Assembly (NCBI GenBank): GCA_963696045.1
Contig: CAVOIR010000009.1
Location: 15,427-79,426, forward strand
Reading direction: 5' to 3'
DNA from: an uncultured Chloroflexia bacterium
GTDB lineage: Bacteria; Chloroflexota; Limnocylindria; Limnocylindrales; CSP1-4
Length of the DNA: 64,000 bases
Part shown: piece by piece, positions 14,105-25,970 of the stretch
How positions within the stretch are numbered: position 1 is the first letter of the stretch
How the letters are laid out: each line of letters opens with the position of its first letter
Made by a program: the position numbers and the translations under genes
The notes under the pieces: model-generated
The model's input: the letters and a program-made list of their open reading frames with translations, nothing else
Databases searched by the model: none
What the model was told of the DNA's origin: nothing

Positions 14105-14732
14105 TCAGCCCTTGCTCGACGACTTGGCCTTCGACTCGCTGATGAGCGACTCGGCCCGCTCGGCGTAGACCTCGTCGATGATGCCATAGGCCTTGGCGGC
14201 CTCGGGCGACATGAAGTAGTCGCGCTCGGTGTCGGTGGCGACCTTCTTGGCGTCCTGCCCGGTGTGCCGGGCGAGGATCTGGTGGAGTCGGTTGTTGAGG
14301 TCCTCGAGCTCGCGGACCTGGATGAGCACGTCCGGGCGTGGAGCCCCGGAAGCCGCCCGAGCCCTGGTGGATCATGATCCGGCTGTTGGGCAGCGCGTAG
14401 CGCTTGCCCTTGGCGCCCGCCGCCAGCAGCACCGACGCCATCGAGGCCGCCATGCCGATGCAGATCGTGCTCACCGGCGCGCGCAGGTACTGCATCGTGT
14501 CGTAGATGGCCAGGCCCGACGTCACGACGCCGCCCGGCGAGTTGATGTAGAGGCTGATGTCGCGCTCGGGATCCTCGGCCTCGAGGAAGAGCAGCTGGGC
14601 GATGATGAGGTTGGCCATGTGGTCCTCGATCTGGTCGCCCAGGAAGATGATGCGGTCCTTCAGCAGCCGGCTGTAGATGTCGTAGGCCCGCTCGCCCCGG
14701 CTCGAGGACTCGATGACCATGGGCACGAGCAT
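14105..14732 (-). CDS. clpP: ATP-dependent Clp protease proteolytic subunit ClpP (one frame change near 14335)
   Basis: ORF 14091..14732: [123 protein letters not shown]. The C-terminus is in ORF 14105..14329: [53 protein letters not shown]. Confidence 0.95.
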
Positions 14733-14919
14733 GCCGGTCGTCCGGCGGGCCGCCTCGGCGGCCCGTGACGGCGTGCGGGACGGCTGGTCGGTGGCTCATC
14801 GGTGCGGCTCCCTCTGCGGCGGCCGCCTCGAGGGCCGCCAGCTCCTCATCGGCTTCGTCCTCCGCTGTCTCCTCGGGATGGCGTCCCCGACGAGGTCCGC
14901 TGAGGCCGGCTCATCATGG

Positions 14920-16276
14920 TCATGCGCGCTGGTGCTGGTGCTGGACCTCGGCGAACTCCGGGTGCGCCGCGATCCAGCGGTCGACGAGCGATTCCACCAG
15001 CGCCGAGCGGCGCAGCTGCGAGCGGATGTAGGCGCGGCCGCGGTCGGTGTCGAGATAGTCGGACACGCGAAGCGCTGGCCTCGCCCTCGGCGCGCAGGTG
15101 GGCGATCTCGGCCTCCACGTCCGCGTCCGGCACGTCGACGGCCTCGCGCTCGGCGATGGCACCGAGGACGAGGAGCACCTTGACGCGCTGCTCGGCGGCC
15201 TCGCGATAGTCCTCGCGCAGCGATTCCTCGTCTTCTCGGTGACCCGCAGGTAGTCCTCGTAGCGGATGCCCTGCTGTGCCACGCGGACCTTCAGCTCGTC
15301 GACCATCATGTCGACCTCGCGATCGACCATGAGATCGGGCAGCTCGACCGTGGCGTTGGCCGTGGCGTACTCGATGATGCGGTCGGCGAAGGCATGGCGG
15401 GCGCGATCGAGCGAGCTGGCGCGTCATGCGGGACCGCAGGTCCTCGCGCAGGGCCGCGAGGTCCTCGTAGGGTCCGACCAGGCCAGCGAAGTCGTCGTCC
15501 GCGGGCGGCAGGCGCCGCTCGCGGAGCTCGAGGAGCGTGACCTCGAACTCGACCGCCTGGCCGGCCAGCTCCTCCTCGCCGTAGTCCTCCGGGAACGTGA
15601 CCGTGAAGGTGCGCTCCTCGTCCTCGCGCATGCCGATGAGATTGGCCTCGAAGCCCGGGATCATCCGCTCCTTGCCGATGATGAGCGGGAAGCGGTCGGC
15701 CTGGGCGCCCTCGACCGGGGCGCCGTCCCGGCGGCCCTCGAAGCGGATGACGGCGAAGTCATCGGCCTGGGCGCCGCGGCCCTCGACCGGGACGAGCGAG
15801 GCCTGCTGGTCGCGGAGCTGCTCGACGACCTGGTCGATCTGCGTGTCGGTGACCTCGTCGACCTGGGGCTTGAACGGGTAGTCGGTGTAGTCGCCGAGCT
15901 TCACCTCGGGCCGCACGGCGAGCGTCACCCGGTAGCTGGCCCCGACGCCTTCCTCGAAGCGGGTCCACTCGGGCTCGCGAGGGAGCTCCAGGATGTCGCG
16001 GTCCGCCTCCTCGAGGGCCGCGATGACCGTGCGCTCGTAGAGGTGCTCGCGCGCCTCGTCGTGGATGGGGTTGGGCGACTCCGGGTCGGAGCGGTCGACC
16101 CCGAGCGCGCGCTCGAGGATGGGCCGCGGGGCCTTGCCAGGCCGGAAGCCCGGCACGCGGGTCCGGCGCGCGACGTGGCGCACGCCCTCGTCGATGGCGC
16201 TCTGGAGCTCCTGGGGGGTGATCTCGACCTCGAGCACGATCGTGCTGCGGCCGGCGTCGCGGATCTCGGTGTTCAC
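14920..16276 (-). CDS. tig: Trigger factor (three or more frame changes)
   Basis: Within ORF 14846..16756 from GTG 16276: VNTEIRDAGRSTIVLEVEITPQELQSAIDEGVRHVARRTRVPGFRPGKAPRPILE...RMIPGFEANLIGMREDEERTFTVTFPEDYGEEELAGQAVEFEVTLLELRERRLP (PPIase region). C-terminus in ORF 14920..15330. Canonical position upstream of clpP-clpX. Confidence 0.9.
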
Positions 16277-16320
16277 GGCGTCCTTGTCGTGGGTCGATGG
16301 GGTGTCGGTCGAGTATAGGT

Positions 16321-16407
16321 TGGTGCCGGGGACAGGACTCGAACCTGCACGACCTCGTCGGTCAACAGCTCCTAAGGCTGCCGCGTCTGCCATTCCGCCA
16401 CCCCGGC
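16321..16407 (-). tRNA. tRNA-Leu (anticodon UAG), 87 nt, long variable arm, CCA encoded
   Basis: Reverse complement reads GCCGGGGTGGCGGAATGGCAGACGCGGCAGCCTTAGGAGCTGTTGACCGACGAGGTCGTGCAGGTTCGAGTCCTGTCCCCGGCACCA. It has a 7-bp acceptor stem (GCCGGGG/CCCCGGC), anticodon loop CTTAGGA (U33, UAG, G37), variable stem GACC/GGTC, and T-loop GGTTCGAGTCC. Confidence 0.95.
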
Positions 16408-16419
16408 CGGTGGAGACCA

Positions 16420-17009
16420 TTATCGGAGCGGGACCCCGGCGCCTCCCTGGAACGCTTCGACCGGTCGCGATCGGCCTCCATGAGACGCTGCACGAGGATG
16501 CGCGCCCCTGCCGTGCCGAGCGGGCCTGCCAGCCGGTCGAAGGTCCGCCAGAACGAGGTCGCCGCCGTCGGTTGGGGGTCGTAGCGGCCCTTGCTCTTGA
16601 GGTACTCGGCGAAGTCCTGGTCGAGCGCCCGCCGGACCTCGGGATCGTCCGCCAGGCCGACGTCCTTGAGCACCTTCTCGATCTCGTCGGGCAGGAGGCC
16701 GGCGTAGGGGTCGGGCCGCTCCGGGCGCACGGTCCGGACCGCAGCCCGGATGACACGGCGCGGTCCGCCGGCCAGAAGGAAGCCGGCGCCTCCCACGAGC
16801 GCGGCGGTCTTCACGGGATTGCGCCGGACCTTGGCCGGGATATCGAGGGCCGACTGGGTCGCACTGCTCAGCTGGTCGAGCGAGGCCTCGACCTCCGCGC
16901 GGGCCGCCTCGAGCTGCGTCAGGGCCTCGGCCACCTCCGGCGTGGGAGCGGGGCGCTGGTCGACCAGCCGGCGCAGCCCGTCGTCCTCCGCCGGTCCCGG
17001 CCCGTCCAT
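16420..17009 (-). CDS. DUF3618-like membrane-anchored protein (3' end frame-shifted)
   Basis: ORF 16362..17009: MDGPGPAEDDGLRRLVDQRPAPTPEVAEALTQLEAARAEVEASLDQLSSATQSALDIPAKVRRNPVKTAALVGGAGFLLAGG (coiled segment plus one TM) ...LLPDEIEKVLKDVGLADDPEVRRALDQDFAEYLKSKG. As listed, the ORF runs into the tRNA. A TAA in the adjacent frame (stop of ORF 16420..17643) is the more likely end. Confidence 0.5.
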
Positions 17010-17021
17010 CGCGCTCGTCGT

Positions 17022-17890
17022 TCATCGCCCGGTCATCTTGCGCTTCTGGCGCGTCCACTGCTCGCGGGCGAAGTCCTGCGAGCCGTTCGAAGGCCGCGAT
17101 CGACTCCCGCGGCAGGAGGCCGGCATAGCGGGCCTCCGGGTCGAAGCCACGTCGGTAGGCCAGGAGGAGGCCCACGATGATCCAGGCCAGAAGGCCGACC
17201 ATGACGGCGAGGCCGGCCACGCCGTCCGGGTTGTCGTAGCGCGTGGAGGCCAGGATGGCACCCACGAAGCCGCCGACCGCGAGCCCGGCGATGGTCACGA
17301 CGAGGGGCGAGCCGAACGACCAGCGCGCGCGCCAGCCCAGGACGAGGGCGACGACGGCGGTGATGAGCGCCCCCGACGACGAGACCGACGAGGGTGGGCG
17401 CCCAGTGCTCATCGAGGCGCAGCTGGTCCTCGACCAGGCCGGCGCCCCATTCGGCGGCATCGTTGGAGACGTTGAAGCTGAGCACCAGGCCCAGCGACCA
17501 GGCCGACCACGAGCCCCCACGCCAGGCCCCAGGCATACGAACGCACCCGGCCCCCGGCGAGGTCGACCGCGATGCCGGCGACGATGCCGACGCCGATGAG
17601 GGTGCCGTGGATGATGCCCCAGCCCATCGACCCGAAGAGCCACTCCCCGAGGAACAGGAACGAGCCGACGTAGAGGAGGATGGCGACGAGGAAAGCCAGG
17701 AAGGCCGCGGCGGCCGCGAGGCCGACGATGATGCCGAGCTTGCGGCCAGCCTCGGCGAGCTCCGCCCGAAGGAGCGCGATGTGCGCCTCGAGGAGCTTCC
17801 GGAAGGAGTCGCGGGCCCGCCCGATGGACTCGCCGACGCCTGGAGCATCCGCTCCAGCACGAGTCTGCTCGCGACCCGGGGATCCGCCAC
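17022..17890 (-). CDS. Multi-pass membrane protein, N-terminus resembles the actinobacterial holin-X/DUF1469 family (several frame changes)
   Basis: Hand-read: MADPRVASRLVLERMLQAS..SIGRARDSFRKLLEAHIALLRAELAEAGRKLGIIVGLAAAAAFLAFLVAILLYVGSFLFLGEW. ORF 17409..17627: MGWGIIHGTLIGVGIVAGIAVDLAGG. ORF 16420..17643: ALITAVVALVLGWRARWSFGSPLVVTIAGLAVGGFVGAILAS...GLAVMVGLLAWIIVGLLLAYRRGF. Tail in ORF 17022..17261. Confidence 0.4.
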
Positions 17891-18182
17891 CCGGGGATGG
17901 CCCGGACGCCGGGCGTGGCGGCGCGGCGTCAGGTCGAGCGGCGGGTCGTGGTTCGGGATCGACGGTCAGGGCCGGCCTCGCATGTGCTGGGCTGCGCCGC
18001 GGGGCGCGCGTGCGCCCTCAGGATACCCGAGCGCAGTCCGCGTGAAGGACCCTACCCTCACAGATGCATCGCAGATGGAGGCCGGCGCATCAGCCTCTCA
18101 CGAGCGGGATGCACGCGGACGCGCATACTTGCCCCGTCGCGGCACGCCCCTGACCGCTGCCCAGCCCCAGGAGGAGTGCCCC

Positions 18183-19630
18183 ATGGTCATTCGCTTCGTC
18201 TCACGCGGCCTGATCGGTCGGGCCCTGACGTCGGCCACGCTGGCCGTCGTCCTCCTGGCCGCCACGTTGCAGGCTGCGGAACCCTCCAGCCCTCCAGCGA
18301 GCCTTCGACCGCCGCCACGCCGCCGCCGACGGCAGCCCCGGCCGTCTCAAGCCTGGGCGCTGGCCCCATGGCCAGCGTCACGACGCCGGTGTCCGCGGAC
18401 CCCGAGTACGCGGACCAGATCCTGGCCCTGGGACTGGACGAGGCCACCGCAGCCTTCATGGCCCGGACGCTCTCGACCGTGGACGTCATGGATGCGCACA
18501 CCTTCGTGGTCCATCACGCCATGCCGACCGGAGCGGTGGCCGACGAGACCTACCACCTGGTCCGGGGTTCCGGGATGAGCCCCGGCGACCCTCCGACGAT
18601 CGTGTACGAGGTCGTGGGCGACGAGCTGCACTACCAGTTGCGCTATGCCGTCGACAGCGCAGAGCTCCCCGAGGATCTCAGGGACCAGGTCCTGACCGGC
18701 CTGCCGGCGCTGGCCGAGACAGGCTCCAGCACGACCGCCGGGCCCATCCGACTGCTCGGCCTTGCTCGGGTCGGCCCGGTCCGCGGAGTCTTCGCGGCCG
18801 ACGCGCCTGGCACCGTCGAGGTGGTCGTCGACGGCGTCATCTCGCAGGGCAAGAGCACCGCCATCGGCAAGTTCGTCGAGTTCGGGAAGAAGCAAGGCTT
18901 CACCAAGACAGCGGCCTCGTACAAGGCCTTCAAGGCGGGCAAGAAGGTCTGGGAGGCGTTGGAGGCCAACGACCTGATCGCCTCTGCCCTCGACAGGCTC
19001 AAGGCGCTCAGGGAGTGTGCCGAGAACCCTACGAACCCCTTGACCCAGCAGCAATACGGCGAGAGCCCCGAGGCGAACAGCAGGCGGTCCTTGACGAGCT
19101 GACCGCGGCGGAGAACGACATCCGCGCGAGCACCGTGGTCATGTTCACCACGATGCTGGCGACCACCGGGTCCTCGCTCGTCAAGGCCGCCCCGTGGCTT
19201 GGCTTCATCACGAGCCCGGCCAGCAATTACGTCAAGACGACGAACCGGGACTTGATCATGGACCGTGTCCGGGCGGCCGAGGACCTTGTCGTTCCCTGCG
19301 AGCGGAGCGTTCGCATGGTCGGTGGTGCAGGTGACCTGAAGGTGGATGCCGTGGTCTGCGACATCGGCCAGCCCTTCACCGTCACCGGAGGCCAGATCAC
19401 GCTCGACTTCACCCCGAACCCGCGCGATCCGCTTCGCGGCGGCACGTACACGTACAAGTGGCGACTTCGGCAGGTTCCAGGTCGCGGGAGACGGCACATA
19501 CAAGGTGAAGCTCACCGCGGCCGGCGGCTCGCTCATCGCCAGCGGACCGGGCAGCGCCATCACCGAGCGCGGCACCTACTCGAATGCGGGCGAGGAGCAC
19601 TACGACCTGACCCCCGTCGACTGCCAGTAG
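18183..19630 (+). CDS. Secreted hypothetical protein, about 480 aa (three frame changes)
   Basis: SD CAGGAGGAG, then MVIRFVSRGLIGRALTSATLAVVLLAATLQAAEP (signal peptide, ORF 17394..18578). Then ORF 17897..19102 (...PVSADPEYADQILALGLDEATAAFMARTLSTVDVMDAHTFVVHHAMP...GKFVEFGKKQGFTKTAASYKAFKAGKKVWEALEAN...). ORF 19015..19710 (...VMFTTMLATTGSSLVKAAPWLGFITSPASNYVKTTNRDLIMDRV...). ORF 19346..19630 (...GDFGRFQVAGDGTYKVKLTAAGGSLIASGPGSAITERGTYSNAGEEHYDLTPVDCQ*). No domain recognised. Confidence 0.5.
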
Positions 19631-19950
19631 GCCCGGCGCGCGATCGGCCTTCACGCGCGGCGGGACCGAGGATCTTCGCCTTCGTGGCCGGGCTCCCGCG
19701 TAGCCCCTGATGCGGCGTGCCCGGCGACCCCGGTACCGAACGCATCTGGCATGTGTCATCGCAGGCGGCGCAAGACAGTCCCAGCACGGCCTCGACCCCG
19801 TGCGCCGGTCCTGCGGGGGGCACACTCAGAGCACGGGGTGAGCGTGAAGCGAACCCCGTGCGAGCGCGAAATGCGGTTCCGGAGGCTGACTCACGACTGG
19901 CCACGGCCACCCAGGACGACATACGACCAGACGTGCCCACGACACAGGAA

Positions 19951-19973
19951 GGCCCGGCCTTGCGGGCCGGGCC
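19951..19973 (-). terminator. GC-rich hairpin downstream of groEL (possible bidirectional terminator)
   Basis: GGCCCGGCC-ttgcg-GGCCGGGCC, a 9-bp perfect stem about 40 nt after the groEL stop. On the minus strand it is followed by TTCCTGTGT (weakly U-rich). Confidence 0.45.
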
Positions 19974-20012
19974 TCTCGGTACTGCGTTCGGAGCCGAGGC
20001 CCGGAAGAGTGG

Positions 20013-21665
<1,653 letters not shown>

Positions 21666-21770
21666 CTATCGATGCGCGCTTCGCGCGGTGCTCGCGACAC
21701 CTGCCCACCGGGCGCTGGGACTGCGCAGCCCGGATGCCTGCTCGGGGCGGCGTACGCGCCCCGTCGGTGG

Positions 21771-21797
21771 TTAGCACTCTCAGGCATAGAGTGATAA
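21771..21797. promoter_or_regulatory. CIRCE operator (HrcA binding site) upstream of groEL
   Basis: TTAGCACTC-tcaggcata-GAGTGATAA compared with the consensus TTAGCACTC-N9-GAGTGCTAA (one mismatch). Lies about 110-140 nt upstream of the groEL start. Confidence 0.85.
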
Positions 21798-21863
21798 CAC
21801 AGCCGCACCGCCGGCGTCAACCCGAGTGGCGAACCGTTGCGCCGGTTTCGTGCCCTTGACACA

Positions 21864-21955
21864 TGAACACAGGCACCGGAGCCTGCGTGGTCAGAGGAGC
21901 CGCGATGCGCGACCTCGTGGAGCGGGCCCGGGATGGCGATCATGACGCCTTCCCT
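21864..21955 (+). pseudogene. ECF-type promoter plus first ~17 codons of an ECF sigma-factor-like gene (possible relic) abutting cinA
   Basis: TGAAC (21864-21868), 17 nt, CGT (21886-21888) fits the ECF -35/-10 pattern, and TTGACA also occurs at 21856. SD AGAGGAG precedes ATG 21905, which reads MRDLVERARDGDHDAFP, typical of the start of sigma-70 region 2 in ECF sigmas (LV-x-RA-x-x-GD-x-x-AF). Only about 125 nt remain before the cinA ATG, so no full sigma gene fits. Confidence 0.35.
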
Positions 21956-22029
21956 GAGCCCGGCGCGGGCGAGCCGTGGCCTGTCGCCCCGCCGCCATGC
22001 TGGCCGGCCGTCGGTACACTCAGTCGCCC

Positions 22030-23215
22030 ATGCCGGACCGCCGACCCATCAGCACCGCCGAGATCCTGGCCATCGGCTCCGAGCTGCTCTTCGGTGAGAC
22101 GCGCGACACGAACACCGGAGACCTGGCTCGCGAGCTGACGGCCCTCGGCGTCGAGGTCACGGCGCATCGCGCTCCTGCCCGACGACCTCGACGCCATCAC
22201 GGAGGCCCTGGCGGCGGCGCGCGACCGCGCCGACCTGGTCGTCACCTCCGGCGGCCTCGGCCCGACGCCCGATGACCTGACGCGCGAAGCCATCGCCGCC
22301 GTCCTCGGGGTGCGAGCCGGCGGTCGATCCGGCCCTGGAGGCCTGGCTGCGGGAGCTCTGGGAGCGCCGCGGCATCCCCTTCCCGCCGTCGAACCTCAAG
22401 CAGGCCTGGCTCATCCCCGGCGCCGAGGCCCTGCCGAACCCCAACGGCACCGCGCCCGGCTGGTGGGTCGACACGGGTGACGCCGCTCTTCGTCGCGCTG
22501 CCCGGACCGCCTCGCGAGCTGCATCCGATGTGGCGCGACCACGTCGTCCCGCGCCTGCGCGGCCCGCGGCCTGGGCATCGACCGTGCGGCCGAGACCCTG
22601 CGCCTGACGGGCATCGGCGAATCGGCCGTGGCCGACCTGCTCGGCGAGGAGGTGCTGCGCGCCACTCGCCCTCACATCGCGACCTATGCCCGCCACGATG
22701 CCGTGGACGTGCGCATCTGGGCGACGGGCGATGCGCAGGCCACCGCGCGCGGACTCGTGGACGAGGGACTGGCGGCCGTCGAGCCCACTCCTGCGCCCCT
22801 ACGTCTTCGCGCGCGGGAGCGAGACCTGGGCCGATGCGCTGAGCGCGCGCCTCGCGGGCGGACCGGTCGCGGTGATCGAGGCCGGGACGGCCGGTCAGCT
22901 CACCGCCCTCCTCGGCGCGGCGCCATGGCTCCGGCATGCCGAGCTCGTCGCGCGATGTCTCGGACGCGGCCGACCTGGCCGCACGTTGCAGCGACCTCCG
23001 CGCGCGCGATGCCGGTGCGCAGGTCGGCCTCGGACTGCTCGCGACCGACGCACGGGGACGACATGCGCGCCGAGGTGGCGATCGACCTCGAGGGCACGGT
23101 CAGTCGGGCGCAGCACGCCGTCTTCCGTGGCGGCGACATCGGCCGTCGCCGCGCCGCGAACGCCGCCTGCGCTGAGCTGTGGCGCCGCCTGACGGCCGCG
23201 CAGGATGTCAGCTGA
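22030..23215 (+). CDS. cinA: CinA-family competence/damage-inducible protein (several frame changes)
   Basis: ORF 21976..22275 from ATG 22030: [43 protein letters not shown]. Hand-read: ...[26 protein letters not shown] (MoCF-binding domain). ORF 22628..23215: ...[32 protein letters not shown]... ORF 22686..23192: [21 protein letters not shown] (CinA C-terminal domain). Confidence 0.8.
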
Positions 23216-24279
23216 TGGTCAGGACCGGGACCTGCTGGGCGGCGCGGACGCTCATGCGGGCGGCCACCTGGCGGGCCACGTCGCGCATCACCGAGCGCGG
23301 CCGGCCCGGGCTCCCGCTGGGCGACCGCGGGCACGCCGGCGTCACCGCCCTGGCGAACCTTGACGTCGAGCGGGATGCCGCCGAAGAAGTGCAGCTCGTG
23401 GCGCTTCGCGAAGCGCTCGCCGCCGCCGCGGCCGAAGATCTCGGTGGCCTCGCCGCAGTGCGGGCAGATGAAGGCGCTCATGTTCTCGACGAGGCCGATG
23501 ATGGGCACCGACAGCCGCCGGAACATGGCCAGGGCCTTCTCGACGTCGGCGAGCGCCACGTCCTGTGGTGTCGTCACCAGGAGCGCGCCGCTGACCGGCA
23601 CCGACTGGGCCAGCGTCAGCTGCGCATCGGATGTGCCCGGCGGCAGGTCCACGACGAGGTAGTCGAGCTCGCCCCACTCGACGTCGCGCAGGAACTGCTG
23701 GATGGCGCCGCCGACGAGCGGCCCGCGCCACACGATGGGCTGTCCCTCGGGCACGAAGAACTGGATCGAGATGACCTTGACGCCGTGAGCGCTCGAGGGG
23801 GCGGATCTTGCCGCTCTCGGTGGCCGTCGGCGCACCCTCCACGCCCATCATCTGGGGGATGTTCGGGCCCGTGATGTCGGCGTCGAGGAGGCCCACGCTG
23901 GCGCCCTCGAGGGCCAGCGAGGTGGCCAGGTTCGACGGAGACGCTGCTCTTGCCCACGCCGCCCTTGCCGGAGGCGACGGCGATGATGTTCTTGACGCCG
24001 GGCACCGGGTTCTCCGGCTGCTGCGGCGTCGCGCGGCGGACCGTGGCGCCCCAGGTGAGGTCGACCTCCGTGGCCCCGAGCCCGCGGATGGCGGCCTCGA
24101 TGTCCCGCCCGATCTCGTCCTTGAGCGGGCAGGCGGGCGTGGTCAGGTCCACCTTGAGGGCCACCGATGATGCCATCGATGCGGACGTCCTTGACCATGT
24201 CCAGGCTGACGATGTCGCGATGGAGCTCGGGGTCCTGGACGTGGCGGAGCGCGTCCCGGATGGCGGTCTCGGTGAGCAT
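23208..24279 (-). CDS. mrp: Mrp/ApbC-family iron-sulfur cluster carrier ATPase (several frame changes)
   Basis: ORF 23848..24279: [35 protein letters not shown] 23616..24329: [29 protein letters not shown]...[24 protein letters not shown] 22900..23835: ...[59 protein letters not shown]...[25 protein letters not shown]. Confidence 0.9.
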
Positions 24280-24444
24280 GGGCGATATCTTACCTGCGCA
24301 CTCGGGATTGACGGGCTGGGCGCGGACACGACCCGTCAGCGGGCCGCAGCCGGGCGCGGCCCGCCCATCGGCCGTCTGACCGTCAGGCTCGCAGCGCGAC
24401 GGCCTGCAGGCTCGCCGGCACCGGCTTGTGCCGCTCGGGCGCGG

Positions 24445-25808
24445 TCACGAAGCGCTCGACGATGGCCTCGATTGCCCGGGATGCCCGAGCTGCTCGAAGA
24501 GGAACTTCATCTTGGCCTGCTGGCTGGCGATGATCGTCGTCCTTGGTCTCGAGGTCCCAGAGCTGCCGCTTGAACGTGCCCGAGGGCCTTCTTGCGGGTC
24601 TTGTAGACGAACTGCGTCTCGGTCTCGCCGTCCTTGCGCTCGTCGGCGCAGTTGGCGTGAGCAGAAGGCCTCGATCTCCGCGTACAGCTCGGCCGGGAAG
24701 GCCTCGTGCTCGTAGAGCGCGTTCTGGAAGCCGGTGGCCAGGTGGATCTCGGCCGTCTCGACCTGCGGGAAGCGGTGGAAGAGCTCGTCGGGCAGGGTCG
24801 AGGCGCCGTGCTGGACGGCGCCGGCCAGGCCGTGCTCACGGGCGACCTCACCGAGCACGCGGAGCGTCTCGAAGTCGAGCTTCACCTCGGCCACGCCGCC
24901 GCCCGGCAGCGGCACGCCGCCGTGCGAGGTGCCGGTCTGGACGCTCACCTTGGACAGGCCGATGGCATCCGCGCCGGCGCGGGCGTCGAGCTCCCGGCGG
25001 TAGCCCTCGAGGTAGGCGCGCAGCTCGTCCGGCGTCGAGTTCTGCTTGCCGACCTCGCCGATCTCGCCGCCGATGGAGACCGATGAGGCCCTCGTCCTGG
25101 TGGCTCGCGGATGAGCGCCGAGAGCTCGGCGGCGCGGGTGTAGTTGACCTTCTGCTGCTCGTCGAGCGAGGCGAGGGAGAGGTCGACGAGCGTCGAGGAG
25201 TCGATGTCGATGTTGCCGTAGCCCACCGACAGGGCGTTGACGGTGGCCTTGCGGAGCGTGTCCGTGACGCCCTCCGGGTCGGCCTTGTACTTGGCGGCGT
25301 TGAACTGGTAGTGGTCGCCCTGCACGAAGACGGGACCCCGCCAGCCGGCCGCGATGCAGCCGGCCAGGACGCTGGTGATGTACTCGCCGGGCCGCTGGAA
25401 GGTGTACTCCTGCTCGGAGCGGGCGAGCTCGAAGATGACCGTCCCGGCGTCGAGCTCCATGGCCGCCCGGCAGGCCGCGGCCGGCCATGTCGAAGACCTG
25501 CGTGCGCAGGTTGATGGCCGGCACCGTGAAGCCGCTGTACTCGCCACGGGCGCGGGCCATGTACAGGTCGTGGATGCTCGCCGACGGAGCACCCAGCTCC
25601 TGCGAGGCTTCCCAGACGATCCAGCGCGCTGCCTCGACCGTGCTCGTCGTCCTGGCTGAAGGTGGCGGTCCAGACGACGTCGCGGATGCCGCTCGAGCGG
25701 AAGGCGGCCTCGTCCTCGATGACGAGCCGCTCGCCCTCGACGCTGGGCGATGCCGGAGAGGAAGGCGAGCAGCTCGCCGGGGGACGCGGCGACACGAGGG
25801 GCGGACAT
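24445..25808 (-). CDS. Class II (metal-dependent) fructose/ketose-bisphosphate aldolase family, long form (several frame changes; 3' end uncertain, 24383-24445)
   Basis: ORF 24945..25880 from ATG 25808: MSAPRVAASPGELLAFLSGIA...TVIFELARSEQEYTFQRPGEYITSVLAGCIAAGWRGPVFVQGDHYQFNAAKY...VGYGNIDIDSSTLVD. ORF 24445..25560: YSGFTVPAINLRTQVFDMA...SVSIGGEIGEVGKQNSTPDELRAYL...SVQTGTSHGGVPLPGG...AVQHGASTLPDELFHRF. Confidence 0.65.
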
Positions 25809-25970
25809 GGGTGGACCTCCGATGGGCGTCGCGAAGGACGCGGACGTGTTGCCTGAGCCGATGCTAGCGCCTCCCGCCATCGGGCACCCGTGCCCTCAGA
25901 CCCGCCGGAGCGGGTCCGGCCGGCACGTTGGGAGCGTCCGCTTGCCGGCCGGGCGGATACTGCGCGGGTC

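Noticed and set aside
16362-16407. Overlap of ORF 16362..17009 with the tRNA-Leu gene
   Set aside because: It is an artefact of a frame shift near the 3' end. A TAA in the adjacent frame at 16420-16422 ends the protein before the tRNA.
19631-20012. 382-bp convergent spacer with two hairpins (19832-19860 and 19951-19973) as a possible sRNA gene
   Set aside because: I recognised no promoter, no conserved RNA motif (SRP, 6C, tmRNA) and no T-tract. The simplest reading is 3' UTR and terminator structures of the flanking genes. It was kept only as a terminator feature.
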